From Candidatus Dojkabacteria bacterium (GTDB taxonomy: Bacteria > Patescibacteriota > Dojkabacteria > GCA-002793355), in the NCBI GenBank assembly GCA_030583685.1, contig CP129470.1, positions 479,007 through 543,006 on the forward strand: a stretch of DNA of 64,000 bases, in the 5' to 3' direction. Under the pieces are notes generated by a model that was given only the letters and a program-made list of their open reading frames with translations, did not search any database and had not been told where the DNA came from. The translations under genes and the position numbers were made by a program. Shown in pieces: positions 19,344 through 29,131 of this stretch. Each line of letters opens with the position of its first letter. Positions within the stretch are counted from its first letter, which is position 1.

Positions 19344-21164
19344 ATGACGTTTTCTCAAGTGACAGCACTCTTTTCCGCAATCGAACAAACACCAAAACGA
19401 TTGGAAATGCAGGAATTACTTCGTGCTTTTTATGCAAAGAGTGATCCTCGCAACGCAGCAATTGCAACGTATTTATTGATTGGGAGAATTGTTCCCGAAT
19501 TTGTCGCAGTCGAGTTCCAACTTTCAGATAAAAGCTTGCGAGCGGTGGTTGAGCGATTACTTTCTCGAGATATTCGTGAGGATCTCAGCTCTCTGGGAGA
19601 TGTTGGTTCAGTCTGGGAAAAGTATGGAGAAAGCGTTCCCACGTCAGGAGAACTTTTGGAAATTTATGGAAAGCTTTGGGAGATTTCACAAACAACAGGA
19701 ACTGGCTCCCAGCAGAAAAAACAGCAGTTGCTCGAGGAATTGCTCAAACAGAACGATACAATCACGGGAAAATATCTGTTACGAATAATCAATGGAAAGT
19801 TGCGGTTAGGTGCAAGCGAGAGAACGGTTTTGGAGGCACTCGGTAAGTTGTCGGGGCAGAATCTTCAAGAACTAAAACAGCTTTTTGCCAACACCAGCGA
19901 TATTGGACATACGGTCTTTGTGACGTTACAGTATGGTGCCGATGCCTTGTCTCATGGAAGCTTTACTCCCGGTGTCCCTATCGCTGCGAAACTTGTTGAG
20001 CGAGAGGATTCAATAGAAGCAATTTACGAGAGAATTCCAGAACCAATTCTTGAGCCAAAATATGATGGTTTACGATTGCAACTACACATAACATCAAATG
20101 AAACAGTGACGTATCCAGAAAGAATTTGGGCAGAATATCAGGAACGATATAGTCGAGTTTCTGCTTCAGAAGAAATGACGCTGTTTAAGGTTGAATCACC
20201 GACGGCTGAGGAATATAGAGTGTTTTTGTATTCGCGTAATTTAGAGGACATGAGTGCAATGTTTCCAGAAGTAACGAGTGCGGCGAAAAAGCTGCCTGAA
20301 CAGTATGAAAAGAAGTTTGGTGTCAGACCATCATCGCTGGTCTTGGATGGAGAAGTCATAGGATACAACGACATTATTCAGGAATATCTTCCGTTTCAGC
20401 AGACGATGACACGTAAGCGAAAGCATGGGGTTGCCGGGGCTGCTTCCGAGGTGCCGGTAAAAGTATTTGTGTTTGATTTTCTCTTGAAAGACCACGAGTC
20501 CTATCTGGATAAACCGCTGCGAGAGAGAAAACAGGAACTCTCCTTTCTTGATGAGCACACTGAAATTCAATCCGTTATAGTCAAAACACCGTTACATACG
20601 GGACTTACTGTCCAGCAAGCTGAAGAGCAATTTTTAACCTATGTGTCTGAAGGACTGGAGGGCGTTATTTTTAAGGAACTGAACTCGATATATACACCGG
20701 GGACAAGAAACTTTGACTGGCTGAAGTACAAAAAGGCGATGAAGAAAGACTTGGCTGATACGGTTGATGTTGTCCTACTGGGCTATTATCGCGGGGAAGG
20801 AAAGTTAGCGCAGTTTGGAATAGGGGCCTTACTGGCGGGAGTTTACGATCCTGAGACCGACACCTACACGACAGTAACGAAAATTGGTACGGGAGTGACC
20901 CATGAACAGTGGCAACAGATTAAAACTGCCTGTGATGCGGTTAAGTCAGAGAAAATGCTCGATACCGTTGAAATTCCAAAAGCATTATTACCCGATGTTC
21001 TCCTTATCCCAGAACTCGTTGTTGAAGTGGAGGCTGATGAAATTACCAAGAGCCCGCTTCATAGCTCGGGCTATGCATTGCGTTTTCCGCGATTCAAGCG
21101 TTTCCGCGAAAAACGCGCCAATCAAGCTACGACAAAACAGGAGCTTGTGACGCTCTGTAAATGA
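19344..21164 (+). CDS. ATP-dependent DNA ligase (archaeal/eukaryal LigI-type).
   Basis: Adenylation motif I EPKYDGLRLQLH (KxDG). OB-fold region. N-terminal DNA-binding domain. 606 aa. Extended -10 TGTATAAT at 19331-19338. Confidence 0.85.
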   Translation: MTFSQVTALFSAIEQTPKRLEMQELLRAFYAKSDPRNAAIATYLLIGRIVPEFVAVEFQLSDKSLRAVVERLLSRDIREDLSSLGDVGSVWEKYGESVPTSGELLEIYGKLWEISQTTGTGSQQKKQQLLEELLKQNDTITGKYLLRIINGKLRLGASERTVLEALGKLSGQNLQELKQLFANTSDIGHTVFVTLQYGADALSHGSFTPGVPIAAKLVEREDSIEAIYERIPEPILEPKYDGLRLQLHITSNETVTYPERIWAEYQERYSRVSASEEMTLFKVESPTAEEYRVFLYSRNLEDMSAMFPEVTSAAKKLPEQYEKKFGVRPSSLVLDGEVIGYNDIIQEYLPFQQTMTRKRKHGVAGAASEVPVKVFVFDFLLKDHESYLDKPLRERKQELSFLDEHTEIQSVIVKTPLHTGLTVQQAEEQFLTYVSEGLEGVIFKELNSIYTPGTRNFDWLKYKKAMKKDLADTVDVVLLGYYRGEGKLAQFGIGALLAGVYDPETDTYTTVTKIGTGVTHEQWQQIKTACDAVKSEKMLDTVEIPKALLPDVLLIPELVVEVEADEITKSPLHSSGYALRFPRFKRFREKRANQATTKQELVTLCK

Positions 21165-21218
21165 ATGTGATATTCTACTATACCGTTCGGTTCGGTAAAT
21201 AAACTGAAAAAGTGTCGT

Positions 21219-21938
21219 ATGTCGGCCACTGATTCTCAAGTAAAGAAATTGCAACATGTTGTCGTTATTCCCGATGGCGATAGACGGTGGGCGAAGGCAA
21301 AAGGTCTTCCCCCGTGGGAAGGGCATCGACGTGGCGCAGACAATGTGCAGAATATGCTTGCTGCTTGCAAAGAACGAAATATTCCGTATCTAAGTATGTG
21401 GGGATTTTCCACGGAAAACTGGGATCGCAACCCAGAAGAAGTGTCACAGATGATGGACATGTTTCGCAGCTTCCTCAAAACGAAAAGTAAAATGATTCTC
21501 GATAACAAGATTCGTGTCCGCCATCTCGGTCGAAAGGATCGGTTACCTCAGGATTTGTTAGAGGGCATTCACGAACTAGAGCAAAAAACAGCGCATTTTA
21601 CCGAATGGAATTATCAGGTTCTGTTAGATTATGGTGGGCAAGATGAAATTGTACGTGCTACTAAAAAAGTTGTTGCTGCAGTACAAGCGGGAGAACTTTC
21701 AGCGAACGAGATAACCACTGATTCTTTTTACGACTATTTAGACACCGCAGGAATTCCAAACCCAGATTTTATTATTCGTACCTCAGGTGAACAGCGGCTT
21801 TCTGGCATCTTACCGTATCAAGCAGTATATGCAGAGTTGTTATTTGTTCCAGAAAACTTCCCAGATTTTACGAAAGAAAGAATGTTGCAAGTACTTGATG
21901 AATACGAGCACAGGACCAGAAGGTTTGGAGCGGGCTGA
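21219..21938 (+). CDS. uppS: Undecaprenyl-diphosphate synthase (cis-isoprenyl transferase).
   Basis: HVVVIPDGDRRWAK, SMWGFSTENWDR and RTSGEQRLSG motifs. Confidence 0.9.
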   Translation: MSATDSQVKKLQHVVVIPDGDRRWAKAKGLPPWEGHRRGADNVQNMLAACKERNIPYLSMWGFSTENWDRNPEEVSQMMDMFRSFLKTKSKMILDNKIRVRHLGRKDRLPQDLLEGIHELEQKTAHFTEWNYQVLLDYGGQDEIVRATKKVVAAVQAGELSANEITTDSFYDYLDTAGIPNPDFIIRTSGEQRLSGILPYQAVYAELLFVPENFPDFTKERMLQVLDEYEHRTRRFGAG

Positions 21939-22006
21939 GGTAAAACTTTCTTCGCTTCACAGGGTCAACGCTTTACAATCATGTTGTTATCGCATACGCT
22001 ATATTC

Positions 22007-22435
22007 ATGACGATGTATATTATTATCGCGCTAGTGGTTGTTTTGTATCTCATCGCTGTTGTTTTACCAAAGTTTCTCGATAAGGAAGGGAAGGGATTGC
22101 ACCAAGCGGTTCAAGGACTTATTGATGAGTATTTCTTAGCACACACCGATTCTGATATTGAAAAAAAGAGGCTACGTTTTCATCGATTAACCATTGCAAC
22201 GGATCGCGTTATGGGAAAAGTGTTACAACATTACGGTATTTTTGACAAAAGTGTCAAACAGCAACTGCGTCAGGCTTTAGAGAGGAATGTTGTGACGTAT
22301 GACCAATTTTCTCTTCTCAAAAGATTTCATCACATGCGGAATGAGGTCGTCCATGAGGGGTTGCAGGTGTATGGTGATAACGAACAACTCGTGTATAACG
22401 CATTACATATCGTAAAACAATTACTCGGAAGGTAG
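22007..22435 (+). CDS. Hypothetical membrane-anchored alpha-helical protein with a possible HEPN-like Rx4H motif.
   Basis: N-terminal TM helix. C-terminal RNEVVHEG (R-x4-H). No other recognisable domain. Confidence 0.3.
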   Translation: MTMYIIIALVVVLYLIAVVLPKFLDKEGKGLHQAVQGLIDEYFLAHTDSDIEKKRLRFHRLTIATDRVMGKVLQHYGIFDKSVKQQLRQALERNVVTYDQFSLLKRFHHMRNEVVHEGLQVYGDNEQLVYNALHIVKQLLGR

Positions 22436-23260
22436 CGTGTCTGCAAGAAGCATCCATTGGGCGATTGATAATTCGTGGGCTCGAAGGTGCAAGAGATAGG
22501 ACACTTGATCTGGTGCGTGTGCGAGAGATTTTCCAAAAACTGAACGAAGCACTTTACGTTTGGCCGAAAAACCTTTTCTCATGATAGTTGTAATGTGTGC
22601 GAGAGACGCCTTCACTTTTACGGGGAGGCTGTTGTTCCAACCAATTTCAAGGACTGCGCTTTCAACCCGTGGGGGAGGGTAAAAGGCTCCGGGTGGAATT
22701 TTTCTTGTTATACGGCGATATTCAGCATGGAGTGCGAGTCGATTACCGAGAAACGTAGCAGCGGGTGCAGAGGCAATAAAATCGTCTGCCACCTCTTTTT
22801 GAATGATAAATCGTGAGGGGAGGAAGTGTGTTCTCGGAGAAAATTTCAGTAAATTTTGTTCGCATGCGTTTACAATTTTCTTGGAAACATTGTAAGGGAG
22901 TGACCCAAAAATATAGGCAAATTCATAATTGGAAATTGCCGAAAAATCGTGCTTGAGAACATCTTTGTACACAAAATTGGGGGAAATTCGTTTTGGAAGT
23001 GCTGCTCCCGCAACTACTTCTTTTGTCGCGGCAATTGCGTCACTATCTATGTCGATTAAGTCGTAATGAAAACTCAACTGTGAGAAGGGAAGTATTTGTT
23101 CGAGAATTGCCTTGGTGACAACACCACTCCCTGGTCCAATTTCCCCTAAATATATTGCTGTTGGTCTTTGGAGTGACTGTATTTTTTCGAGATAATCGAG
23201 GGGAAATAATAGTTCCTGAGGAACTTGTCGGAGAAAATGCTGACCAAACACTTTTTTCAT
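22421..23260 (-). CDS. rsmA: 16S rRNA (adenine1518/1519-N6)-dimethyltransferase RsmA/KsgA.
   Basis: MKKVFGQHFL start. SAM motif GEIGPGSGVVT. The longest ORF runs to 23404, but the conserved start is at 23260. Confidence 0.85.
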   Translation of the reverse strand: MKKVFGQHFLRQVPQELLFPLDYLEKIQSLQRPTAIYLGEIGPGSGVVTKAILEQILPFSQLSFHYDLIDIDSDAIAATKEVVAGAALPKRISPNFVYKDVLKHDFSAISNYEFAYIFGSLPYNVSKKIVNACEQNLLKFSPRTHFLPSRFIIQKEVADDFIASAPAATFLGNRLALHAEYRRITRKIPPGAFYPPPRVESAVLEIGWNNSLPVKVKASLAHITTIMRKGFSAKRKVLRSVFGKSLAHAPDQVSYLLHLRAHELSIAQWMLLADTLPSE

Positions 23261-23320
23261 ACGAAAAGGCACCATGCAGCAATGTAGCATGTCCGTCGTT
23301 CTCGTGCTACTATAACGCAT

Positions 23321-24028
23321 ATGAAACTTTTCGTTCGATTGGTCTCGCTCATTCTCGTAACGGTGATGTCGATGACGTATGCGGTGCTTCCTGTCGCAGC
23401 GCAAAGTGTGACGGCATCATTTGTTTTATCACCCCGTACCAGATCGGTTCCGCTGAACGGAACTTTTGATGTGTCAATCACTATGCGGGCAACGGCACCA
23501 AAACAAGTAAGTTATGCACGTGTTGTCTTATTTTTTGATCCAACAAGTCTTGAAATTGCAGACGATTTACAAGCGGGATCGTTATTTTGTAATTATCCTG
23601 TTGATCAATCGAACTATATTGCTGACAATGAACAGGGCCAAATTGTGATTACAGGAATATCAACAGGGCAGGCGGGCTGTTCTTTTCCGGAATTGACGAC
23701 AACGGAAGTGGTCTTTGCAAAGGTCACCTTTAAGGCAAAGAAAAATGGTTCTACGAATGTATCTTTTATGTACAATGGTCGCCTTGAAGATGAGATGTCT
23801 GCAATTACCGACACAAACAGTCCTCCGCAAATGATTATGAGTGCACCACAAAACGGTACATACGCGATTGGCTCTTCTGCAACGACGCCACCACCACCGC
23901 CCGATAACCTTGGTGTTGATCCTCGAATTTTAATTGGGGTTGCTGCAACCACTATGGTGCTTGGTTGGTATTTACTCCCACGCAAAGGAAAATCTCAGCG
24001 AGTTGTTACTTCTACTGAAGCTTGGTAA
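23321..24028 (+). CDS. Secreted cohesin-like domain protein with a Pro-rich linker and C-terminal TM anchor.
   Basis: Signal peptide. Beta-rich cohesin-like region (FDVSITM...VVLFFDPTSLEI). TTPPPPPD linker. C-terminal hydrophobic helix plus a basic tail. Confidence 0.4.
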   Translation: MKLFVRLVSLILVTVMSMTYAVLPVAAQSVTASFVLSPRTRSVPLNGTFDVSITMRATAPKQVSYARVVLFFDPTSLEIADDLQAGSLFCNYPVDQSNYIADNEQGQIVITGISTGQAGCSFPELTTTEVVFAKVTFKAKKNGSTNVSFMYNGRLEDEMSAITDTNSPPQMIMSAPQNGTYAIGSSATTPPPPPDNLGVDPRILIGVAATTMVLGWYLLPRKGKSQRVVTSTEAW

Positions 24029-25520
24029 GGGTGATTGAGAGACCACTGGTCACTGCATTCTGTACTGTGGTTGAGGTGTTGTTGTAGTAAACATCTCCGT
24101 TAGTTGCAATACAAAACGCATTGGTAATAACGGTATCTGTTGCAACAGGAAGTAAGTATGCGTCTAAACTCGCTAGACGAACAGGCATAATATTAACGGC
24201 CCAAGAGTGGGAAACGCTTGGAATGGTGGTGATAATCGAAGATGTTTGTGAGTTTCGTTTGATTTGCGTTCGCACTAAACATTCACCAGTTCCATTTGAA
24301 AGATTGCCGGTGATAATTGTTTGTCCAGTTGGGAGAGCAATTTCTGCGGGTGTTGTAAACATTCTTACCGTAGAGTCGTTAGTTGGTTTAAAGTAGTAGG
24401 AAGTCATCGGCTGTAAACTGGGAAGGGTAAAATGATGAATCCTGCGGGCTGTTGCCTGTGCTGCATCTCGATCGTCAACACGATTTGAGGTGAGCGTGTT
24501 TGGCGTAGTCCCCCAATTTAGGGTGTTGATTATGGTCGCGTTGGTTAGGTACATCACACTCATCGAGGTCGCAGTAATATTCGAAACAGAAGGTGTCATA
24601 AATAGTGCAAAAAACTGCTCTCGGGTGGGGAGTTCATTTCCTCCAGGAAGGGTAGTTGTGGGAGTTATCGACGGTGTGGCTCCGATTGGTCGTAGGCTGA
24701 AATCTTGCCTTCCTGTCGTTGGCGAGGGGGTTGGGGTAATCGTTGTCGGGATAGTCGAGGGAGAACCAAGTAGAACACTATCGACTGTAGCCTGCGTGAG
24801 TGGATTCGCAAAAGAAAGTGAGAGAGGGTTTTGTTCGTGTGTCGCAAGTCTTGCTGTGCCTAAAGAGTTCGGGCCGACGGCAATGAGTGCAATTTCTGTT
24901 GTATCTGTGAGTGGTAGGAATTCTCCTGTGTTTCGTCTTCCCTCAGTTATCGCAATTAGCCAAGTTCCATTATTGGTGACATACGTCGCGAGAGGAGCAG
25001 AACTGGTGAACCCTAACGTGCTAGGGACGTAGGCAAGAATAACTGCATCAGTTGTTTGAGAGGAAATATCTCCATAAAGTGTTTTGGGGTCAACCGCAGG
25101 CTGCGCAATAACCGGAAATGTTGTGAAAGTAGCGGGATCAGTTCCTTCGGCAGGGTAAGTCGTGTCACCGGAAACAATGCGGTAGTAGTAGGTTGTGTTT
25201 GGTTGTAAGTTTGTTATGGTCACGTAATGAGTTTTTCTTGGTTTTGTGGTGTTCTCAAGAGAATCTCTATCGTCGGTGACAACGGTGCCGAGAGAAGGCG
25301 TCGTACCCCAGTGAAGGGCAGTGACTACTGCGTTATCGCCGGTGCTCCACACAATACTTGTACTTGAATCGGTCAGATTTGCGACGGTGACCATTTGTGG
25401 CACAGCGCCACTCGCTTGCGGAGTAAAAATGTTAAACCGTTGTAATGCAAAAAGTAACCCAACAAGTGAGGCTACTCCAAAGAGAAGATAAAGAACAATT
25501 TTCACGCGAGGCCAGTACAT
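24012..25520 (-). CDS. Surface protein with an N-terminal signal anchor and two fibronectin-III (PAP-N-like) repeats.
   Basis: Two repeats carry the pattern LHWGTTP...Y.YR / LNWGTTP...YYFKP. Thr/Pro-rich linkers. Confidence 0.45.
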   Translation of the reverse strand: MYWPRVKIVLYLLFGVASLVGLLFALQRFNIFTPQASGAVPQMVTVANLTDSSTSIVWSTGDNAVVTALHWGTTPSLGTVVTDDRDSLENTTKPRKTHYVTITNLQPNTTYYYRIVSGDTTYPAEGTDPATFTTFPVIAQPAVDPKTLYGDISSQTTDAVILAYVPSTLGFTSSAPLATYVTNNGTWLIAITEGRRNTGEFLPLTDTTEIALIAVGPNSLGTARLATHEQNPLSLSFANPLTQATVDSVLLGSPSTIPTTITPTPSPTTGRQDFSLRPIGATPSITPTTTLPGGNELPTREQFFALFMTPSVSNITATSMSVMYLTNATIINTLNWGTTPNTLTSNRVDDRDAAQATARRIHHFTLPSLQPMTSYYFKPTNDSTVRMFTTPAEIALPTGQTIITGNLSNGTGECLVRTQIKRNSQTSSIITTIPSVSHSWAVNIMPVRLASLDAYLLPVATDTVITNAFCIATNGDVYYNNTSTTVQNAVTSGLSITLTKLQ

Positions 25521-25640
25521 GAAACCATTTTAATGCTTTACCCCAATTAAAGCAACAAAGGGAGAATTTATGTAAGGAAAGTTTTTCTATGCTCGCGCAA
25601 CTTTCTTGCAAAATATGTAAACAGTCGGTACACTGTTCCT

Positions 25641-27149
25641 ATGAAAGGATATATCCCGCGCTTTGTTGAAGAACGATTAGAACAATCGATTGCTTCGAAT
25701 CTCATTACTATGGTTATTGGGCCTCGACAGGTTGGAAAAACGACGTTGTTGCAGCAAACACAAGAGAAAGTAGAAAAAAAACAAACAGTACAACAGGGGA
25801 GCGGAGGACTATCATTCACAAGAAACATTTTTACGTATGTTCTTGATGATATTCAACTACGCAGTTCATTGAAAAAAGATATCCGTTATATGCAGAAAGA
25901 TATTGAACTGTCCTTAGGTGAAACATTGGAAAAAACAGAACAGCAGGTATACATTTTTATTGACGAAGTCCAAAAAATGCCAGCACTTTTTGACTGGATA
26001 AAACAAGTGTTTGACAGCAATAACGAACACGTAAAATTCATATTGTCTGGTTCTTCAGCGATATCGATTACTTCTGTCGCAAGTGAAACCCTTGCTGGAC
26101 GTGTCGAATATATAAATGTTTACCCCTTTGTGTATAGCGAACTGTTAGAGGCAAAGACGGAAGTTAAACAACACTTTTTCCTTGATTTGATCGCGTTGAT
26201 GGATTCGCTGGCTGGTGGTGCTGACAATGATGGTTCCGTAGATTCGATACTCTCGCAAATGAGTCAAACTGCCATATCGGTGGACGACACGGTGGCTGCG
26301 TTACGTACCTATTTTGAGAAGCAATTTCCGTTATATCACCGACAACTTCTCCCCGTTGTTCGGGAATCAACCGCAAGTGTTGTAGAAACTTTGTTCTATG
26401 GTGGCTTGCCTCGAGTTATCACGACTCCTGTGCAAGAACGAGTTCGTATGATTAAAAACTATATTGATGTGTACATGGAGAAGGAGATTGGAACAATGGC
26501 ACGCAACCTTGACCTCGAGTTGTTTGGACTCAGTTTACAATCTTTTGCACAACAAAACGGTTCTACCTTGAATATCAATCAGGTCTCAAAAGATGTGGGT
26601 ATTTCTCGTCCGAGTTTGTATAAGTACTTGGATTTATTGGAAAATACCTATTTGATTAAGAAAGTGTATCCTTATGCTTCAGGCGGTATTGCCGAGGAAG
26701 CAACAAAGAGTGTCGTTATGTATTACTTAGATACCGGAATCTTGAACAACTTGTCGTATGTGACATCGATGCAGGAAATGTTGCGTCCAGATGTCTATTC
26801 GAGAACGGTTGGTTCGTGGGTGCTCAGCACGATTTTGTCAGGGTTTAGCTCGTTAGTTTATGTTCCGCAAATAACTTATTGGCAAAACTATTCTGGTCAT
26901 CGAATGGATATCGTCTTCGAACGAGGGGCTGTTACTTTTGGAATACTCTTTTCTCGGCCAAAAGATCCTCGTCGCTACCAAGCAACACTTGAAAAATTTG
27001 CTGAGGCATCTTCAAAAGATGTTGTTGTGGTCTTTTTACCGTTTTTTGATTCAGTTGGGATGTCACTTGCGTATAAGGCGGAAGAAATACATATTGAGTC
27101 AGGAAAGCGGGTGTTTACGGTAGAGGTACCGCTGCAATTCCTAGGGTAA
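25641..27149 (+). CDS. AAA+ ATPase of the COG1373 type (N-terminal P-loop plus C-terminal DUF4143).
   Basis: Walker A GPRQVGKTTLL. Walker B IFIDEVQ. Typical COG1373 length of 502 aa. Confidence 0.75.
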   Translation: MKGYIPRFVEERLEQSIASNLITMVIGPRQVGKTTLLQQTQEKVEKKQTVQQGSGGLSFTRNIFTYVLDDIQLRSSLKKDIRYMQKDIELSLGETLEKTEQQVYIFIDEVQKMPALFDWIKQVFDSNNEHVKFILSGSSAISITSVASETLAGRVEYINVYPFVYSELLEAKTEVKQHFFLDLIALMDSLAGGADNDGSVDSILSQMSQTAISVDDTVAALRTYFEKQFPLYHRQLLPVVRESTASVVETLFYGGLPRVITTPVQERVRMIKNYIDVYMEKEIGTMARNLDLELFGLSLQSFAQQNGSTLNINQVSKDVGISRPSLYKYLDLLENTYLIKKVYPYASGGIAEEATKSVVMYYLDTGILNNLSYVTSMQEMLRPDVYSRTVGSWVLSTILSGFSSLVYVPQITYWQNYSGHRMDIVFERGAVTFGILFSRPKDPRRYQATLEKFAEASSKDVVVVFLPFFDSVGMSLAYKAEEIHIESGKRVFTVEVPLQFLG

Positions 27150-27633
27150 ATACCCATCCAAGTGAAGCAATAGCGCCAAGAAGTAACCCTGCGATAACAT
27201 CAGCAATATAATGAACGCCAACGGCAGGCCTGTTAATCGCATTGAGAATTCCGAAAGTAACTAATACTGTTTCCCAAGGGAAGACGAAGAAAAATGCACT
27301 TGTAATTGCAAACCCCGAGGTGAATGCATGTGAAGAGGGAAAAGAAAATCCTGGCTGTTCACCTGCAGTTTGTGGTCTATGTCGCTGGAAGATCTTTTTG
27401 ATGCCGAGTTCATGGTAGAAGACCCAAAAAAGGGAGTAGGCTGCAAAAAAGAAAGGAGCTGGGTTGCCACCAAAATAGTAGAAGGCGAGAAAGAGTGGGA
27501 GTGCCGGTCCGTCCGAAAGAATTTTGACGGCTTTACTCGCTACCCTGAGCAGGGTATACTTTTGAACAGTCGTGTACAGATGCGCTGTATATCTAACATC
27601 GTAACTATGAACCTGCTCATAAAACTTTATCAT
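27115..27633 (-). CDS. PAP2-family lipid phosphate phosphatase.
   Basis: The three PAP2 motifs: KKIFQRHRP, PSSHA and NRPAVGVHYIADV. Multi-TM. The start was placed at MIKFYEQ; the longer ORF overlaps the UbiA gene. Confidence 0.7.
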   Translation of the reverse strand: MIKFYEQVHSYDVRYTAHLYTTVQKYTLLRVASKAVKILSDGPALPLFLAFYYFGGNPAPFFFAAYSLFWVFYHELGIKKIFQRHRPQTAGEQPGFSFPSSHAFTSGFAITSAFFFVFPWETVLVTFGILNAINRPAVGVHYIADVIAGLLLGAIASLGWVFTLGIAAVPLP

Positions 27634-28482
27634 ATAGCTCAGCAACTTCGGTGGTATCAATGGTACAAGGCGTTTTATACCTTCTTTGCGTTGTTGTGGA
27701 TTCCACATAGTGCCTATACAGCCGTTAGTTTAGTCTTTGTTGCGGCAGTAATTTTCATTATAGCGAGTAGTATAGTGTACATCATTAATGATATTTACGA
27801 TATAGAGCGAGATTCGCTGCATCCAACCAAAAAACAAAGGCCCCTTGCTGCAGGAAAAATTACTTTGTTTGAGGCGTATTCATTATTATTGATTCTGTCA
27901 GGGACATTGCTATTGGCAATGGGCGCAGTGAATAATACCTGGCTCGCAGTAATAATTTTGGTATATCTGTTCGTAAATATTCTGTACACCTTTGGGCTAA
28001 AACATTTGCCGTATATCGACATTATCACGATTGGGATGCTTGCTGGATTGCGTGTTATCGCAGGCTTTGTTGTGCTTGGACTTCCCGTTGCGTGGTATTT
28101 TGTTATGGTTATTGTGACGTTAGTATTGTTTGTGATGTCAGTACAACGATTGGCTGAAATAAGTATGAATCTTGTGGGAACTCGTCCCGTACTTCGTGTC
28201 TATAATCCGAAAGTATTGAAGTTGCTCATGACAGTTTTTATGATGATATCGGTAATTTTGTACTATTTCGCTATGGCAATGGTTGCTATCCCTCTTGTGT
28301 ATACTGACGTCTTGTACTTTCTTGTGCTCTTTTCGGTGCACCAGTTTATGATGTTTTCTCACACAAAAGTCAATAAAATTGATAATGGGTTTAAAATCTT
28401 TGTTGAGAATCGAACGACACTTGTATTATCACTGCTGTTTGCTCTTGTTATGATTGTTTCTCTGGTGTGGTTTCTTCGCTAG
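27607..28482 (+). CDS. UbiA-family prenyltransferase (DPPR-synthase-like).
   Basis: NDIYDIERD first Asp-rich motif (NDxxDxxxD). 8-9 TM helices. The start was placed at MNLLIKL. Confidence 0.7.
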   Translation: MNLLIKLYHIAQQLRWYQWYKAFYTFFALLWIPHSAYTAVSLVFVAAVIFIIASSIVYIINDIYDIERDSLHPTKKQRPLAAGKITLFEAYSLLLILSGTLLLAMGAVNNTWLAVIILVYLFVNILYTFGLKHLPYIDIITIGMLAGLRVIAGFVVLGLPVAWYFVMVIVTLVLFVMSVQRLAEISMNLVGTRPVLRVYNPKVLKLLMTVFMMISVILYYFAMAMVAIPLVYTDVLYFLVLFSVHQFMMFSHTKVNKIDNGFKIFVENRTTLVLSLLFALVMIVSLVWFLR

Positions 28483-29113
28483 TGAGATGATACTGATTCA
28501 AAATATTGTTGGGGTCTTTCATTTGGTGATGATTGGCGAGATGCTGTCCAACAAGCACGAGAATTCTATTAGCACGTCTCCATAAATCAACGGGAAGTTT
28601 TGCTCGCAGGGCAAACTCTGTTTCCTCCGGAGTTGCTGTCTGCACATAGTTGAGGTGGTTCATGATTCGGTGGACATGAGTATCAACACAAATCGCTGGC
28701 TCTTCACCGACAACTGATACCTGAAGGTTCGCAGTTTTTCGCCCAACACCCGGAAGTTTTACTAATTCATCGATAGTCTCGGGAACAATGTCTCGGAGCT
28801 CAGTATGAACAATAGTTCCTAGTTGGATGAGATGTTTCGCTTTTGTTTTGTAAAATCCAATGGGATGGAGTAATGGTTCGAGTTCCGGCTGTTTTATTTC
28901 CATAAAATCTTTTGGTGTTTTTGCTCGTTCCCAGAGTGCGGGAAGTTTTGTGATGGTCAGAGAGTCCTTTGTTCTTGCAGAAAGGATGGTCGATACAAGA
29001 GTAAAAAAGGGTGATTTTGTCCAAGCATAGGTATGCTCAACCAAGGTTGGGGGAAATCCTTTGACAGCTTCTTCGAATATGTCAAAGAGTTCGTAAATGG
29101 TGACTCGCTGCAT
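28448..29113 (-). CDS. nth: Endonuclease III-like HhH-GPD DNA glycosylase, lacking the C-terminal 4Fe-4S Cys cluster.
   Basis: HhH LVKLPGVGRKTANL with catalytic Lys. VDTHV catalytic Asp. No CX6CX2CX5C at the C-terminus. Confidence 0.75.
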   Translation of the reverse strand: MQRVTIYELFDIFEEAVKGFPPTLVEHTYAWTKSPFFTLVSTILSARTKDSLTITKLPALWERAKTPKDFMEIKQPELEPLLHPIGFYKTKAKHLIQLGTIVHTELRDIVPETIDELVKLPGVGRKTANLQVSVVGEEPAICVDTHVHRIMNHLNYVQTATPEETEFALRAKLPVDLWRRANRILVLVGQHLANHHQMKDPNNILNQYHLTSEETTPEKQS

Positions 29114-29131
29114 AGTTAAATTATACCTGAT

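Noticed and set aside
23261-23404. His/Arg-rich 48-aa N-terminal extension of the rsmA ORF.
   Set aside because: KsgA homology begins at MKKVFGQHFL (23260). The extension overlaps the divergent cohesin-like gene promoter region.
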